DNA of 63,194 nucleotides, filler included, from Octopus bimaculoides (taxonomy: Eukaryota), in the NCBI RefSeq assembly GCF_001194135.2. It is 7 parts of 5 records of this genome, joined end to end, with 100 filler letters (N's around TTAATTAATTAA, not from the genome) between each part and the next. Parts side by side here need not be neighbours in the genome. Positions count along the whole stretch, not along the records: positions 35,230 to 41,978 come from NC_068982.1; positions 42,079 to 49,158 come from NC_068994.1; positions 49,259 to 51,699 come from NC_069000.1; 4 more parts are not named here. One strand, written 5' to 3'. Position numbers and translations under genes: made by a program. The notes under the pieces were generated by a model. The model was given only the letters and a program-made list of their open reading frames with translations, did no database searches and was not told the origin of the DNA. Of the stretch, positions 38,797 to 51,010 are shown one piece after another. Numbering within the stretch: position 1 is the stretch's first letter; each line of letters starts with the position of its first letter.

Positions 38797-41787
38797 ATAT
38801 GACCTCATCTTTGCAGCTGGAGATTTTAATGGGCATGTTGTGCAGCAGTCCGGTATCTTCACTGGTGTACACGGGGCCATGGTATTGGTTCCCAAAACAA
38901 TGAGGGAACTAGGCTACTGGAGTTCTGTGATGCATGTCACCTTTTAATCTGAAACACTAACTTCATGAAGCCAGACAGTCACCTGATAACCTATCAATCA
39001 GGTGACTCTGCTAGCCAGATTGATTTCAACCTCACCAGACAGCAGGACACAGGGTTGCTCTTAAATACAAAGGCCCTCCCGGATGAAGAATGTACCCCCA
39101 GCACAGACTAGTCATTAGTGACATTAGACTCATGGCCAGAAGGATGCCAAGAGGCAGATCAGTCAAGAAAAGAACGATTTGGAAGCTAAAGAACCCTTCA
39201 CATGTTCAGAAATTTAGGGACATCCTCATCAAGAAATTTGATGAGAGGGAGGAGGTGCTACAGACCTCAGACATAGAAGGTAGCTGGAAATTCCTACTGG
39301 ACAGCTTACTGAGTGCTACAGACCAAGTTTGTGGATGATGCAAAGTATCTTCCAGACCTAGAGTAACATGGTGGTGGTATAATACAGTAGACAAAGCCAT
39401 TAGAATAAAGAAACAGGCCTGGAAAACCTGGAAGAGTGGGGGTAGCAGGGAACTGTACCAGGTAGCCAAAAGAGAGGCAGGGCAGCAGGTATACATAGCC
39501 AAGAGAGAAGCAGAAAAGAAGTTTGCCAATGTCCAATGATGTGAAGACCAAAGAACTGAAGTATTTTAGATTGCAAGACAGTGTGTGAGAGAAAAGTGTG
39601 ATGCCACAGGAGAGAAATGTGTCCGCATGGATGATGGGGCACTTGCTTTTAATGATTCGGAAAAGAAAGAGTCTTGGAGAAGCCATTATGAAAGACTGCT
39701 GAACGGGAAGAATGAATGGGAGGAGAAGAGCTTGTCAAATGTTGACCCAGTAGAGGGACCAGCTATCCGAATAAACAGCACCCTGGTAGATAAAGCAATT
39801 AAGGGTGTGAAGCCAGGAAAAGCCCCCGACCCATCAGGAATCACTACTGAGATGCTTAAAACATCTGGTGGCATGGGCTATGGTCTAGTCACCCGTATTG
39901 TACACCAGGTAGTTCATGATGGAGTCATACCCAATGACTGGCATAGCAGCACTATGAACAACTGCTACAAGGGTAAAGGTGATTCTTTAGATAGAAATAA
40001 CTACAGGTGTATCAAACTGCTGGATCAGGTGATGAAGGTCACGGAGAGGGTCATAGCCCAACTAATTAAGGAGAGAGTCAGTCTAGATGAGATGCAGTTC
40101 AGTTTTGTGCTAGGTAGAAGCACCACTGATGTTATACTCCTGGTACAGCAACTACAGGAGAAATACCTAGCCAAAGATAAACCCCAATACTTGACTTTCA
40201 TTGACATGGAGAAAGCCTTTGACAGGGTCTCCCGCTCCCTTATCTTGTGTATGATATGGAAACTGGGGATTGACGAATGGTTACTAAGGGCTATACAGTC
40301 CCTATACAGAGATGCCATTAATAAGGTTAGGGTTGGCAATGAGTATCGTGAAAAATTCCGGGTAGAAGTAGGGGCCCACCAAGGATCAGCCCTCAGCCCC
40401 CTCTTATTCATCATAGTCTTCCAGGCAATCACAGAAGAATTCAAGACAGGTTGCCCCTGGGAGCTCCACTATGCTGATGACCTGGCCCTGATAGCAGAAT
40501 CACTAGTTCTGGTGAACTAGAGAAGAAATTTCAGGTGTGGAAGCAAAGGTTTAGAATCGATGGGCCATAGAGTCAATGTTGCAAAGACCAAAGTTCTAGT
40601 ATGTAGGAAGGCAAACAAATCACATACCCCTTCAGGTATGCTCAATCTGTAGAAATGGTGTAGGTAGAGACTCCATAAGATGCACCCAGTATAAGCTATG
40701 GACGTGTAAGAGGTGCAGTAACATCAAAGGAAGATTAACTGGGAAGATAGCTTTCATGTGCGGCAGATGCACAGGGTAATAAACAACACAGATTCTCAGA
40801 AAACAGATTCCATCACATGCCAGGGGGAAAAACTAGAAGTAGTTGATAGCTTCTGCTAACTAGGTGACCAAGTCTATAGTGGGATGGATGCTCAGAGAGT
40901 GTTACCACTAGAATAAGAATAACCTGGGCTAAGTTCAGAGAGCTTATACCCCTAGTGGTGACAAAGGGCCTCTCGCTCAAAGTGAAAGGTAGATTGTACA
41001 ATGCATGTGTGCGAACTACCATGGTTCACGGCAGTGAAACATGGGCCGTGACTGCTGAAGACATGTGTAGGCTTGAAAGAAATGAAGCTAGAATGATCCG
41101 CTGGATGTGTAATGTCAGTGTGTACATATGACAGAGTGTAATTGCCCTGAGAGAAATGTTGGACATAAGAAGCATTGGATGTGGTGTGCAAGACGTTTGC
41201 GCTGGTATTGTCATGTACTACAGATAGATGAGGAGAGCTGTGTGAAAAAGTGTCATTCCCAAACAGTTGAAGGAATCCGAGGAAGAGGGAGACTCAGGAA
41301 GACATGGGATGAGGTGGTGAAGCATGACCTTCAAATGTTGGGCCTCTCAGAAGCAATGACAAAAGACCAAGACCTCTGGAGATATGCTGTGACAGAGAAG
41401 ACCCAGCAAATAAAGTGAGTTCACAGCTGTAACCCACACCAGTGACACATAACCAGGCCACTCAAAGTTCCTTAGATTGTAGGGTGACATGCCATGCTTG
41501 AGGAGACCAATTAAGTCAAGTACATAAAAATCAAATCACATTCAAATGGAAATTGTAGTTGTGATCCCTAATGTCAGCACCACCTTGACTGGCTTCTTTG
41601 CCAGTGGCACATAAAAAAGCACCCGCTACACTCTCAGAGTGGTTGGTATTAGGAAGGGCATCCAGCTGTAAAAACACTGCCAGATCAGGCTGGAGCTTGG
41701 TGCAGTCTCCTGGATTCCCAGACCCCAGTCGAACTGTTCAAATCATGCCAGCATAGAAAACAGACATTAAACGATGATGATGATGAT
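38797..41787 (+). mobile_element. 5'-truncated RTE LINE, about 3 kb (partial EN, RT, PHD-like finger, 3' UTR, (GAT)n tail); inactivated
   Basis: RT ORF 39585-40520 (YRCIKLLDQ...DMEKAFDRV...HQGSALSPLLF...YADDLAL). Multiple stops and frameshifts. Confidence 0.95.
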
Positions 41788-41826
41788 ATAATATATATAA
41801 ACAAAACATATATATACATAACATAT

Positions 41827-41871
<45 letters not shown>

Positions 41872-42078
41872 GTCCCAAAATTAGGACGAAAGCTGCCGTG
41901 AATTAGCTCCAAGAAGCCATCGCCTCTAGCTAGCTATGTGACACACGAAACCTGTGTCCTTTATAACCTTCGAACAGGNNNNNNNNNNNNNNNNNNNNNN
42001 NNNNNNNNNNNNNNNNNNNNNNTTAATTAATTAANNNNNNNNNNNNNNNNNNNNNNNNNNNNNNNNNNNNNNNNNNNN

Positions 42079-42767
42079 GAAGGTTGTCCTCCATCATTAG
42101 CTATCACTTCTAGATTATAACTATCTTGTATTTCTCTGTCTAGTTTGTCTCCAAGAATAATTCCTATTTTTGCCCCTCCAGTGATAGTTTTCCTCACAGA
42201 CAATATAAATGGATCACTAAATTGTTTCTTCAATTTATATGTAATTTCTGAGTTTTCCATTCCAATATCTTTGTCAATGGCATCTGGAATTAATCCTTCA
42301 GCACCTTCTCCATCACGCTCACCAAATGTCATATTTATTTCTTTTTGAGGAAACTCAGGGCTGTGGTCATTAATGTCTTCTATAATTACTTTAATTTTAA
42401 TAATTTTCAAAAATGTCTTCCTTTTACGTACAGCAACTTTGATGTATCTAACACACTCTGATTCATATGTACACAGTTTCTCTGCATCCAGTGTTTGAGC
42501 CGTGTACAATTTACCATCTTGTGTGACATTGAATAAATGTGAATTCGCTGTCCATTGTTGTTGCATTTGGTTGTATGTAATGAAGTTATTTCCTACAAGA
42601 GAGTCCGTTTCTTCCATTTGTGTGTCAGCAGCAATATCCCCAACAAAAGTAAAGGGATTGCTTTCTTCTTCTACATGATAACTCAGATCTACACAGACAC
42701 AACTGTGTAGTAATAGATTGAGGACATTTGCAAGTAAGTATGTATTCCACACACAGTCTACTTCCAT
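42079..42767 (-). CDS. Protocadherin (cephalopod-expanded type), N-terminal part: signal peptide, EC1 and most of EC2; truncated by an assembly join
   Basis: ATG at 42767. Hydrophobic leader, then VDLSYHVEEE...FVGDIAAD...LYTAQTLDAEKLC...EC...IKVIIEDINDHSPEF (DxNDxxPxF), DAIDKDIG.NSEITY, LDREIQDSYNLEVIANDGGQP: cadherin Ca-binding motifs and the EC1 cysteine pair. Confidence 0.95.
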
Positions 42768-43960
42768 CACAGAATGTTAAATCATATCTCGTGGTTTTAT
42801 CTGAAAGTACAGAAAAAAATGGAATATATTTATTGATGTTTTGTTTCTTTGTTTATTTGAAAAGAAACTGAATCTAAATTGTAGAGATAACTGTTTAAGG
42901 TGAGAATGATTTTATACGATGAATGGGTGTTTTTTTGCCTTTAGCTTTTACTTAGTTCAAAACTGACTTCTAAATGTCAGGAAATTTTTCAAGTATATCA
43001 CAGCTGTTTCTAGATTTAGATGCTTATATATCATCTTAGACCCAGTCCTCTGGTGAGCTTTATTATTGTCACCATTCTTTAGTTTTAAAGTCTAAGGTTT
43101 TGCAAATTCTTGGGTCTTTACGATGCCTTTAGCAATTTAAATGGAACGGAATTTCTACACCAACAAATAGATTATATACTTTCGTCTACAGAAAGTATGT
43201 TACATTTTAAAGTTCTCATCATTTATAATTGAAAACCAAAAATATCAGCTGGACTTTTCTGGAATGTCAGAGTAAAGGGATATTCATGGAAGATAACTGG
43301 ATTTAAGATATGGCAAAATGACAATTATCTCCCTTGAATATTAATGACATCTTCATTCCAATATTTCTGTGATTTGTTAGAAAAAAGATTGCATCGAAAT
43401 ACATGTTGATGGCGAATAAAGCTGGCCAGGATACTGGCCATATTTCAGAAATTAGATTTGCAGAAATACAAAGATATTAGAGGTTGTTCAGCTCAAAGAC
43501 TTTAACAAAGAAAATAATCTTTGAATACCAAATCAAGAAATGATCCTCTAAGAGGGTCTGTTCACTTAGAAATAGCAACCAAATTTCCCTCAAATCACAC
43601 CTTCAGCATCTTTAAAAGAATATATTGGTTAATGTAGAAATGGATTCTCAAAAAGAACGTGATGTAGCCATAGTTGGAAGGTCTTTAGTCATAAATCTCG
43701 TCAGTCAAGGCTAACTTGGACTATAGAATAATAATACCCAAATAAGGAATTAAAAATAGAAATGACTCTTTTAATTCCTTGTAATTTCAACAGATTCTGT
43801 GTTTTTGTAGAAAGAATATTGTTTGGAGTTGAAACACAACTTTATTGTTAAGTATCAATCATTCCTCTCGAATCCATTTCCTGATACAAGAATGGATTGG
43901 GTTGGAATTGATTCTGAGGCAGGATTTTATGACTAGATGCTCTCTCTGGAAGAATCTGAG

Positions 43961-44152
43961 AAATGGAGGCATGACTAAGTTGTAAAAGTTTTACACTGGA
44001 AGCTTTATCAAAAATGGGGATTTGAAGCTGGGGACACATGATATGAAGATCAGGTCAAAAGAGTGCTGGGGTCAGAGAAGTGTAAGACTCTGTGGGACTT
44101 TCCTATTCAAACGGACAAGAAGCTAGAAAATAGTGGACCAGAAATAATTTTC
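43961..44152 (+). mobile_element. Fragment of a restriction-like-endonuclease non-LTR element (R4/Dong-like)
   Basis: KWRHD*VVKVLHWKLYQKWGFE..T*YEDQVKRVL.SEKCKTLWDFPIQTDKKLENSGPEII resembles RHD.V...HW...WY.H....ILWDF.IQTD....NRPDI of REL elements. Confidence 0.7.
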
Positions 44153-44184
44153 TTGTATGCAGTTCCCAGAGACACTATTATATA

Positions 44185-44736
44185 TATAAAGACCTCACAG
44201 AAGCAATGACAAGAGACCAAGACCTTTGGAGGTGTGCTGTGATTCAGAAGACCCTGCAAGTAAAGTGAGATCGCAGCCATGGCCAATGCCATTGTTGCAT
44301 AACCAGCCCATTTAAAAGTACCCTTGACTCGTCAGGTGATATGATGTGCTTAAGAAGACCTGTTGAGTCAAGTGAAATCGAAATCATAGTTGTGGCCAGT
44401 GCCACCTGATTGACTCTCATGCTAGTGGCACATAATAAGAACCATTCAAGCATGGGTTGATGCTAGTGCTGCCTGACTGGCTCCCTGTGCCAGTGGTACA
44501 TAAAAGGCACCATTCGAACGAAGTCAATGCCAGTGCTGCCTGACTGGCTCCCATGACAGTGACATGTAAAAAGCACCCACTACACTCTTGGAGTGGATGG
44601 CGTTAGGAAGGGCATTGAGCTGTAGAAACCTTACAAGATCAGACTGGGGCCTGGTGCAGCCTACTAACTTACCAGTCCTCAGTCAAACTGTCCAACCCAT
44701 GCCAGCATGGAAAGTGGATGTTAAATGATGATGATG
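44185..44736 (+). mobile_element. RTE LINE 3' end and UTR fragment
   Basis: Homologous to 35560-36170, with a (GAT)n tail. Confidence 0.85.
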
Positions 44737-46556
44737 AACTATATTATTAGAGATGCTGCAAAATTCAGGATATTTTTCTCAGTAACATTCCCTGAAGAAA
44801 TGAGAAAAACTTACCAAAAGTAAGAATGCTTCAACATCCAAAAGTAAAAGACAGGATTTCTTCAAGTTAATAACTTAAAGTCATCCCATTTTGGTGAGAA
44901 CAGAAGAATCTGTCAGTTGTCCCCTGTATCCAATAGCAATGGAGCTGGACTTGAGTGTGTTGGTCCCTTCCATTAAAAGTGACACTAAAACATTGAAATA
45001 TGAGAACAGCATTGTATTGCATGTTAAATAAATGAGAGAGAAAGAGAGAGAGAGATTGAAAAGCAACAGTTCTCAACTATCATGATGTCTAGATGAAAGA
45101 TGAATGAGGTTGATGGTGAATGTTATAAATACAATAGGAGATATATAAATGTAGTCATAAGTCTAGCTGATGCAACCTATAGGGAATTAGCATATATTCT
45201 CACAAAACATATACACAGTCTGTATTATACAATATTCCATCAATATATACTGTTCATTACACAGTAAAATGTGAATATGCACTGTGTTCTACAGAAACTC
45301 TCTTATTTCAGAATAAATTTCTCATCATTATATAGCCATGCTTAGAAATATATACACCAGTGACTATACACTAAATGAACAGCATAACATGTATATCACC
45401 AACTGAAATGTTAATATATACACTGTACAACATCCTAAAGAATAAATACAGACAGAACCAAACTCAGATATATAGATATATTTATGTGAGAAATTTAATC
45501 ACCAAATGACACTGTATCACAGCAAAATGTCTGCTGCTATTCACAATATACAACAATGTGTCTAACGAATGGCTATCATTATTAATATTATTATTATTTT
45601 CAACATCACTAATCCACACACGCCACAGAAAAAAGATCCACTTATATTTCTATATTGTTGTCTGCACTTAGACACTAAAATATATTTCACACAGTGAATT
45701 GCTTACACAATCTCTCAAACAACCATGTCTGACATCAGAACGATATCTGCTACTCTGTGATTATAGATTCATTATGAAGACTTCATTCATTAAATTATTT
45801 CTNNNNNNNNNNNNNNNNNNNNNNNNNNNNNNNNNNNNNNNNNNNNNNNNNNNNNNNNNNNNNNNNNNNNNNNNNNNNNNNNNNNNNNNNNNNNNNNNNN
45901 NNNNNNNNNNNNNNNNNNNNNNNNNNNNNNNNNNNNNNNNNNNNNNNNNNNNNNNNNNNNNNNNNNNNNNNNNNNNNNNNNNNNNNNNNNNNNNNNNNNN
46001 NNNNNNNNNNNNNNNNNNNNNNNNNNNNNNNNNNNNNNNNNNNNNNNNNNNNNNNNNNNNNNNNNNNNNNNNNNNNNNNNNNNNNNNNNNNNNNNNNNNN
46101 NNNNNNNNNNNNNNNNNNNNNNNNNNNNNNNNNNNNNNNNNNNNNNNNNNNNNNNNNNNNNNNNNNNNNNNNNNNNNNNNNNNNNNNNNNNNNNNNNNNN
46201 NNNNNNNNNNNNNNNNNNNNNNNNNNNNNNNNNNNNNNNNNNNNNNNNNNNNNNNNNNNNNNNNNNNNNNNNNNNNNNNNNNNNNNNNNNNNNNNNNNNN
46301 NNNNNNNNNNNNNNNNNNNNNNNNNNNNNNNNNNNNNNNNNNNNNNNNNNNNNNNNNNNNNNNNNNNNNNNNNNNNNNNNNNNNNNNNNNNNNNNNNNNN
46401 NNNNNNNNNNNNNNATGAGTAAACCATTTGATGATATTTGTCAGTGATATAAGTGTGTTTTCTGAATGTCTCTTTGATTTTCTCTTGTCTCTTCTATATT
46501 TTCACATGATATTAAAGATGGAAGATGGGAATAAAACAAGATAGATGTAGACTTAC

Positions 46557-46735
46557 CTCCATTGTCTCATCCATAATCAGTGTGGCAGTGTGTGAGGGAG
46601 TGTCTAGGAGTGTGTGACCGTCTCTGTGTGTGGTTGTGTGGTAGTGTTTGGTAGCGTGTGGTAGTAGAGATGTGGATCTCAGGCTGTAACTACTGCTGCT
46701 GTTGTTTCTGCTGCTGTAGTCTGCTGCACACACAA

Positions 46736-46776
<41 letters not shown>

Positions 46777-46950
46777 TTCTACACATATATTGCTGCAGTG
46801 ATGTGTGTGCCTTAAGAGCTGTGTATAGACTGTGTGCTGTGTAAATATACACAGTGTTGTTGTATGGTTTACAGAGTAACAGAGGTGTGTTGTATATAGG
46901 TATACAATATAGGATCAGTTTGTGGTGTGTAGTTGTATATACATACACAT
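46557..46950 (-). other. Candidate 5'-UTR exon of the protocadherin (its 5' boundary is uncertain)
   Basis: Strong minus-strand donor GAG|GTAAGT (exon ends at 46557). A matching strong acceptor TTTTTTTCTGTACTTTCAG| lies 33 nt upstream of the PCDH ATG (exon starts at 42800). The pairing is inferred. Confidence 0.45.
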
Positions 46951-47755
46951 AAGTATATATGCTTGTGTTTATTTATTTATCTAGCTAGCAAGCTATCTGT
47001 TTACCCGTACATGTATGTATGAGTGTCTGTGTGTGTGTGTGTGCATGTGCATATATAAGTATATAAGAGATAGAAAGAGAGGGAGAAATCGCATGAAATT
47101 AATGAATATGCATGTTTGTGTGTATCTATGCAGAGTAAATGTACTCAATTCATAAAGTAGAGCGTAATTATTTTAGTCATTATGAGTCTTAACTCCAAGT
47201 TCTTAAATGATTCTAACGAATTATTTTAATTGTTTGAAGAGTCAGGAACATAAAATCATGAGTTCATATAAATGAAACTTTAGCTTTATATATATATATA
47301 TACATATATGCATTTATACATACATATAAATACTAATATGTATGTATGTATGTATAAATGTTGTTTATTGTTATTTTGAACAGCTAATTAACTGCTCATT
47401 AATTTCAAGATTAACTAGTAATTATGTTTGGGATACAATTAAATACTGTTTGATTATCAGAGACTAATGAATGGTCTGGTTGATTAAAATGTCTTGTTTG
47501 ACATGCAATATTTGTGTATATATTAAGATATATGTAGTGATGAAAGGTGTGTGTGTGTGTGTGTNNNNNNNNNNNNNNNNNNNNNNNNNNNNNNNNNNNN
47601 NNNNNNNNNNNNNNNNNNNNNNNNNNNNNNNNNNNNNNNNNNNNNNNNNNNNNNNNNNNNNNNNNNNNNNNNNNNNNNNNNNNNNNNNNNNNNNNNNNNN
47701 NNNNNNNNNNNNNNNNNNNNNNNNNNNNNNNNNNNNNNNNNNNNNNNNNNNNNNN

Positions 47756-47791
<36 letters not shown>

Positions 47792-49258
47792 ATGACTCTA
47801 TGAAATGTTCCAGAATGATAAGATCGTGACTAAATATTCCAGAGTTTGGTCAATGCAACAACATTTGCTTTTCTGGCTGAGATGTGGTTTTATTTCTTAA
47901 TTCTTGTTGGTAACTGGAACGGAGAGAAGAGAGAAGCAGTTTAACAGAAATACTGAATGAAATATATTTGACCAAATCAACATCATCATCATTTAATGTC
48001 CATTGTCCATGCTGGCATGGGTTGGATGGTTTGACCAGTGCTGGTAAGCTGGAAGGCTGCACCAGACTCCAGTCAACCAAATCTTAGACTAATTTTCCGT
48101 TTGGAATTTGTATAACACAAATTATGCCTGACTATATGTATGACAGGTATTATGTCTGACCAATGAACAATGTATGACATAAAGTCTGAACAACGTATGA
48201 CATATTATGCCTGTTGAATGGTATTTTATGCTTGACCAATTGTATGATAGCCAATCTTCCTGACCAAATGTATGACAGACATCATGTTTGACAATGGAGT
48301 CTAATCTCCAATGAACTGTACAAATTGTACTTGTGATATTGTATTGATGTGGGTTGTGGGTATGGAGAAGTGTATGTGGTGGTCATTATTAGGAGTCACT
48401 AAATCTTCTGGGCTCTGTTAGGGGACATCATAAGTCAAGGTTGCAAATGTTATTCTGTCAGTGATTTTGCCAGTCATTCCTTACCATTTCCATTGTCATA
48501 AAGATCAAACTGATTATACTAACAAACTACATTTAATAGTAATACTGGATTCAAATTTTTGCACAAGGCCAGCAGTTTTATGGGAGGAGCTCAGTCAATA
48601 ATATCGATCCGCTCAACTGATATTTATTTTATTGAAGCATAAAGAATAAAGGTGACCTTGGTGGAAATTGAACTCAGACTGTAAGACAACATACTGCTTG
48701 CATCTTGCCCTGCATGCAAGTGATTCTGCTAGCTCACCTTCTTATTTTCATTAATGATACTAATCAATAACATCCCTTACATTTATTCATCCATGACCAG
48801 CATATTGGATCCTCTGAACATCAAACATTGCCTTCACTGCGTAAATATATATCCATGGGTCTCTCTCACCATCAACTGTTTAAGGTAACCCACCTCACAA
48901 CACCAGAAGATCCAGTTTGATATCTCAAGTCTACACTCTGGTCAGATTCTAGACTTTCTCTGCTATGGACAACTGCTGGAAATGAAGTGGACACTGCCTC
49001 ACACACACCAAATATTACCGAGTAAGATGATGGTGGTGGGGTAGAGGATGGGATATTGGACGATGTGATAATAATGCTGATGTTCCTAATTCAATACATA
49101 CATCAACACACATGAACAAATGCATGCATATATATATGAATATATATATATATATATANNNNNNNNNNNNNNNNNNNNNNNNNNNNNNNNNNNNNNNNNN
49201 NNTTAATTAATTAANNNNNNNNNNNNNNNNNNNNNNNNNNNNNNNNNNNNNNNNNNNN

Positions 49259-49537
49259 GGGGTTAGAAAGAAGGCTAAGAAGATGGAAGGGTGACGGGAG
49301 GGATCGAAAAGCATTGGCCAAAAGAAACAGGAAGAGATAGAAAAAGGAGAAGACACAACAGAAAGAAAATCACAGGGAGGAAGGAAGGAAGGACCGAAAA
49401 AAGAAGAAAAGAGGAGACAAACAGAACCAGAATCAAAGAAGGTGAAGGAAGAAAGAAAATTAGAACGAAAGAATGAAAAAAAAAGAGATGAGGTGAGAAA
49501 GGAAGACAGAAAAGCAGGAAGAAAAACAAGAACAAAC

Positions 49538-49588
<51 letters not shown>

Positions 49589-49930
49589 AGGAAAGAAGGG
49601 AGAGAAGAAAGAAAGAAAGAAAGAAGGAAAGACGGGAGAGAAGAAAGAAAGAAAGACGGAAGGCAGGAAAGAAGGGTGAGAAGAAGAATATGTAGAACAG
49701 AAGAAATGAAGAATGAAAAAAGGGGACAAATAGAAATAAAGGATAAATGATAATAAGAAAGAAAGAAAAAAGGAAGAAAGTATGGAAGGAAAAAAGGAAT
49801 GACAATATAATGAAGAGACGCAAGAAAAGATAGAGAAATGAATGTAGAAATGAATAAATAGAAGAATAAATATATAAAGAAAGTAAAAAACAAAAGAGAA
49901 AAAATGGAAAGAAAGTAATCAAGCAGAAAG
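49259..49930. repeat. Purine-rich low-complexity tract with (GAAA)n
   Basis: Seen directly. It yields the F/L/S and K/E/R junk ORFs. Confidence 0.9.
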
Positions 49931-50779
49931 CGAAAACGTAATATTTAAGAGTATCGTCTGCTTCTTTGAATCTTAAAATAAAATATCCCACCCGAAACCC
50001 CAAGTTTCCTCTTCAGTAAAATACATCGAATGTAATCCCTTTTAATGCTTCTCTTTTTTTGTGGCAATTCTAAAATATATTTTCTTTCCGTCTTTGATGT
50101 TGCTGTTGTTAATATGATTGTTGTTGCTGTTATTGTTGCTGGTGACAATGATGGTGATGTTATAGTATTATTAACGTTGTTTTTGCTGTTGTTGCAGAGA
50201 ATGCAGTTGTTGTTTTTGTTCTTGTTCTTATAGTCGTTGCTGTCGCTGTTTGTTTTTTGGGGTTTTTTGTAGTTTTTCCTTTAATCGTTGTTTGTATTGT
50301 TATTTCAGATATCTTATATTTGTTTTCTCTTTCCAAACACACACACACGCACACACACACACACACACACTCCTCTTCCCTCTCTCTCTCTCTCTGTCTC
50401 CCTCTCTCCCCCTCTCTCGGTTCTCGCTTGTATCAGAATTTTAATCGCTGTTTGATTTTCTCTTCCAGTTTTTCTTCCTGGATTTTTATAACAAATTTGC
50501 ATTATTCAGACTTTTGTTCAAAGGCCAAAAACCACGTAAACTTAAACACAGATACACACTTACAAATACAGGCACGCTTACACACACACGCGCGCGCGCG
50601 CGCGCGATCACATGCATACACGCTCAATTAATTCTTCGTTGAACTCATGGCTCACTCTTACCATGCTGACATTCCCTGTAACTCACTTGCTCGGATCTCA
50701 CAAGCTATTCACCTTCGCAGCCTCCATCAGATTGATTTCTCCGATGCTGCTTATTTCTCGGCCAACTCCTTTACCATTG

Positions 50780-51010
50780 TAAGAGGAGTGTTGAAAAGTT
50801 CCTGGCTTTACGGGTCCCTCGAAAGACCTGGCTGGAGGCCCAATCTTCTGAGTTTTTTAATTTTTTCTCAGGGCTTAAATATAAGCCCTGTAAGCCCATT
50901 GCAATAAGTGTGTAACTCTGAGAGGGGAATATGTTGGATAAAATCATAGTTAACTGATCCTCTTGTATTTCTTTTACCCAAAGCCAGGAACTTTTCAGCG
51001 CCCCTTCGTA
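50780..51010. mobile_element. mariner-type MITE (about 230 bp) with about 30-bp TIRs and TA ends
   Basis: Left end TAAGAGGAGTGTTGAAAAGTTCCTGGCTTT; right end (reverse complement) TACGAAGGGGCGCTGAAAAGTTCCTGGCTTT. Confidence 0.8.

Noticed and set aside
27247-42800. Convergent or nested arrangement of the esterase and protocadherin genes
   Set aside because: Three artificial joins lie between them, so adjacency and orientation are not established.
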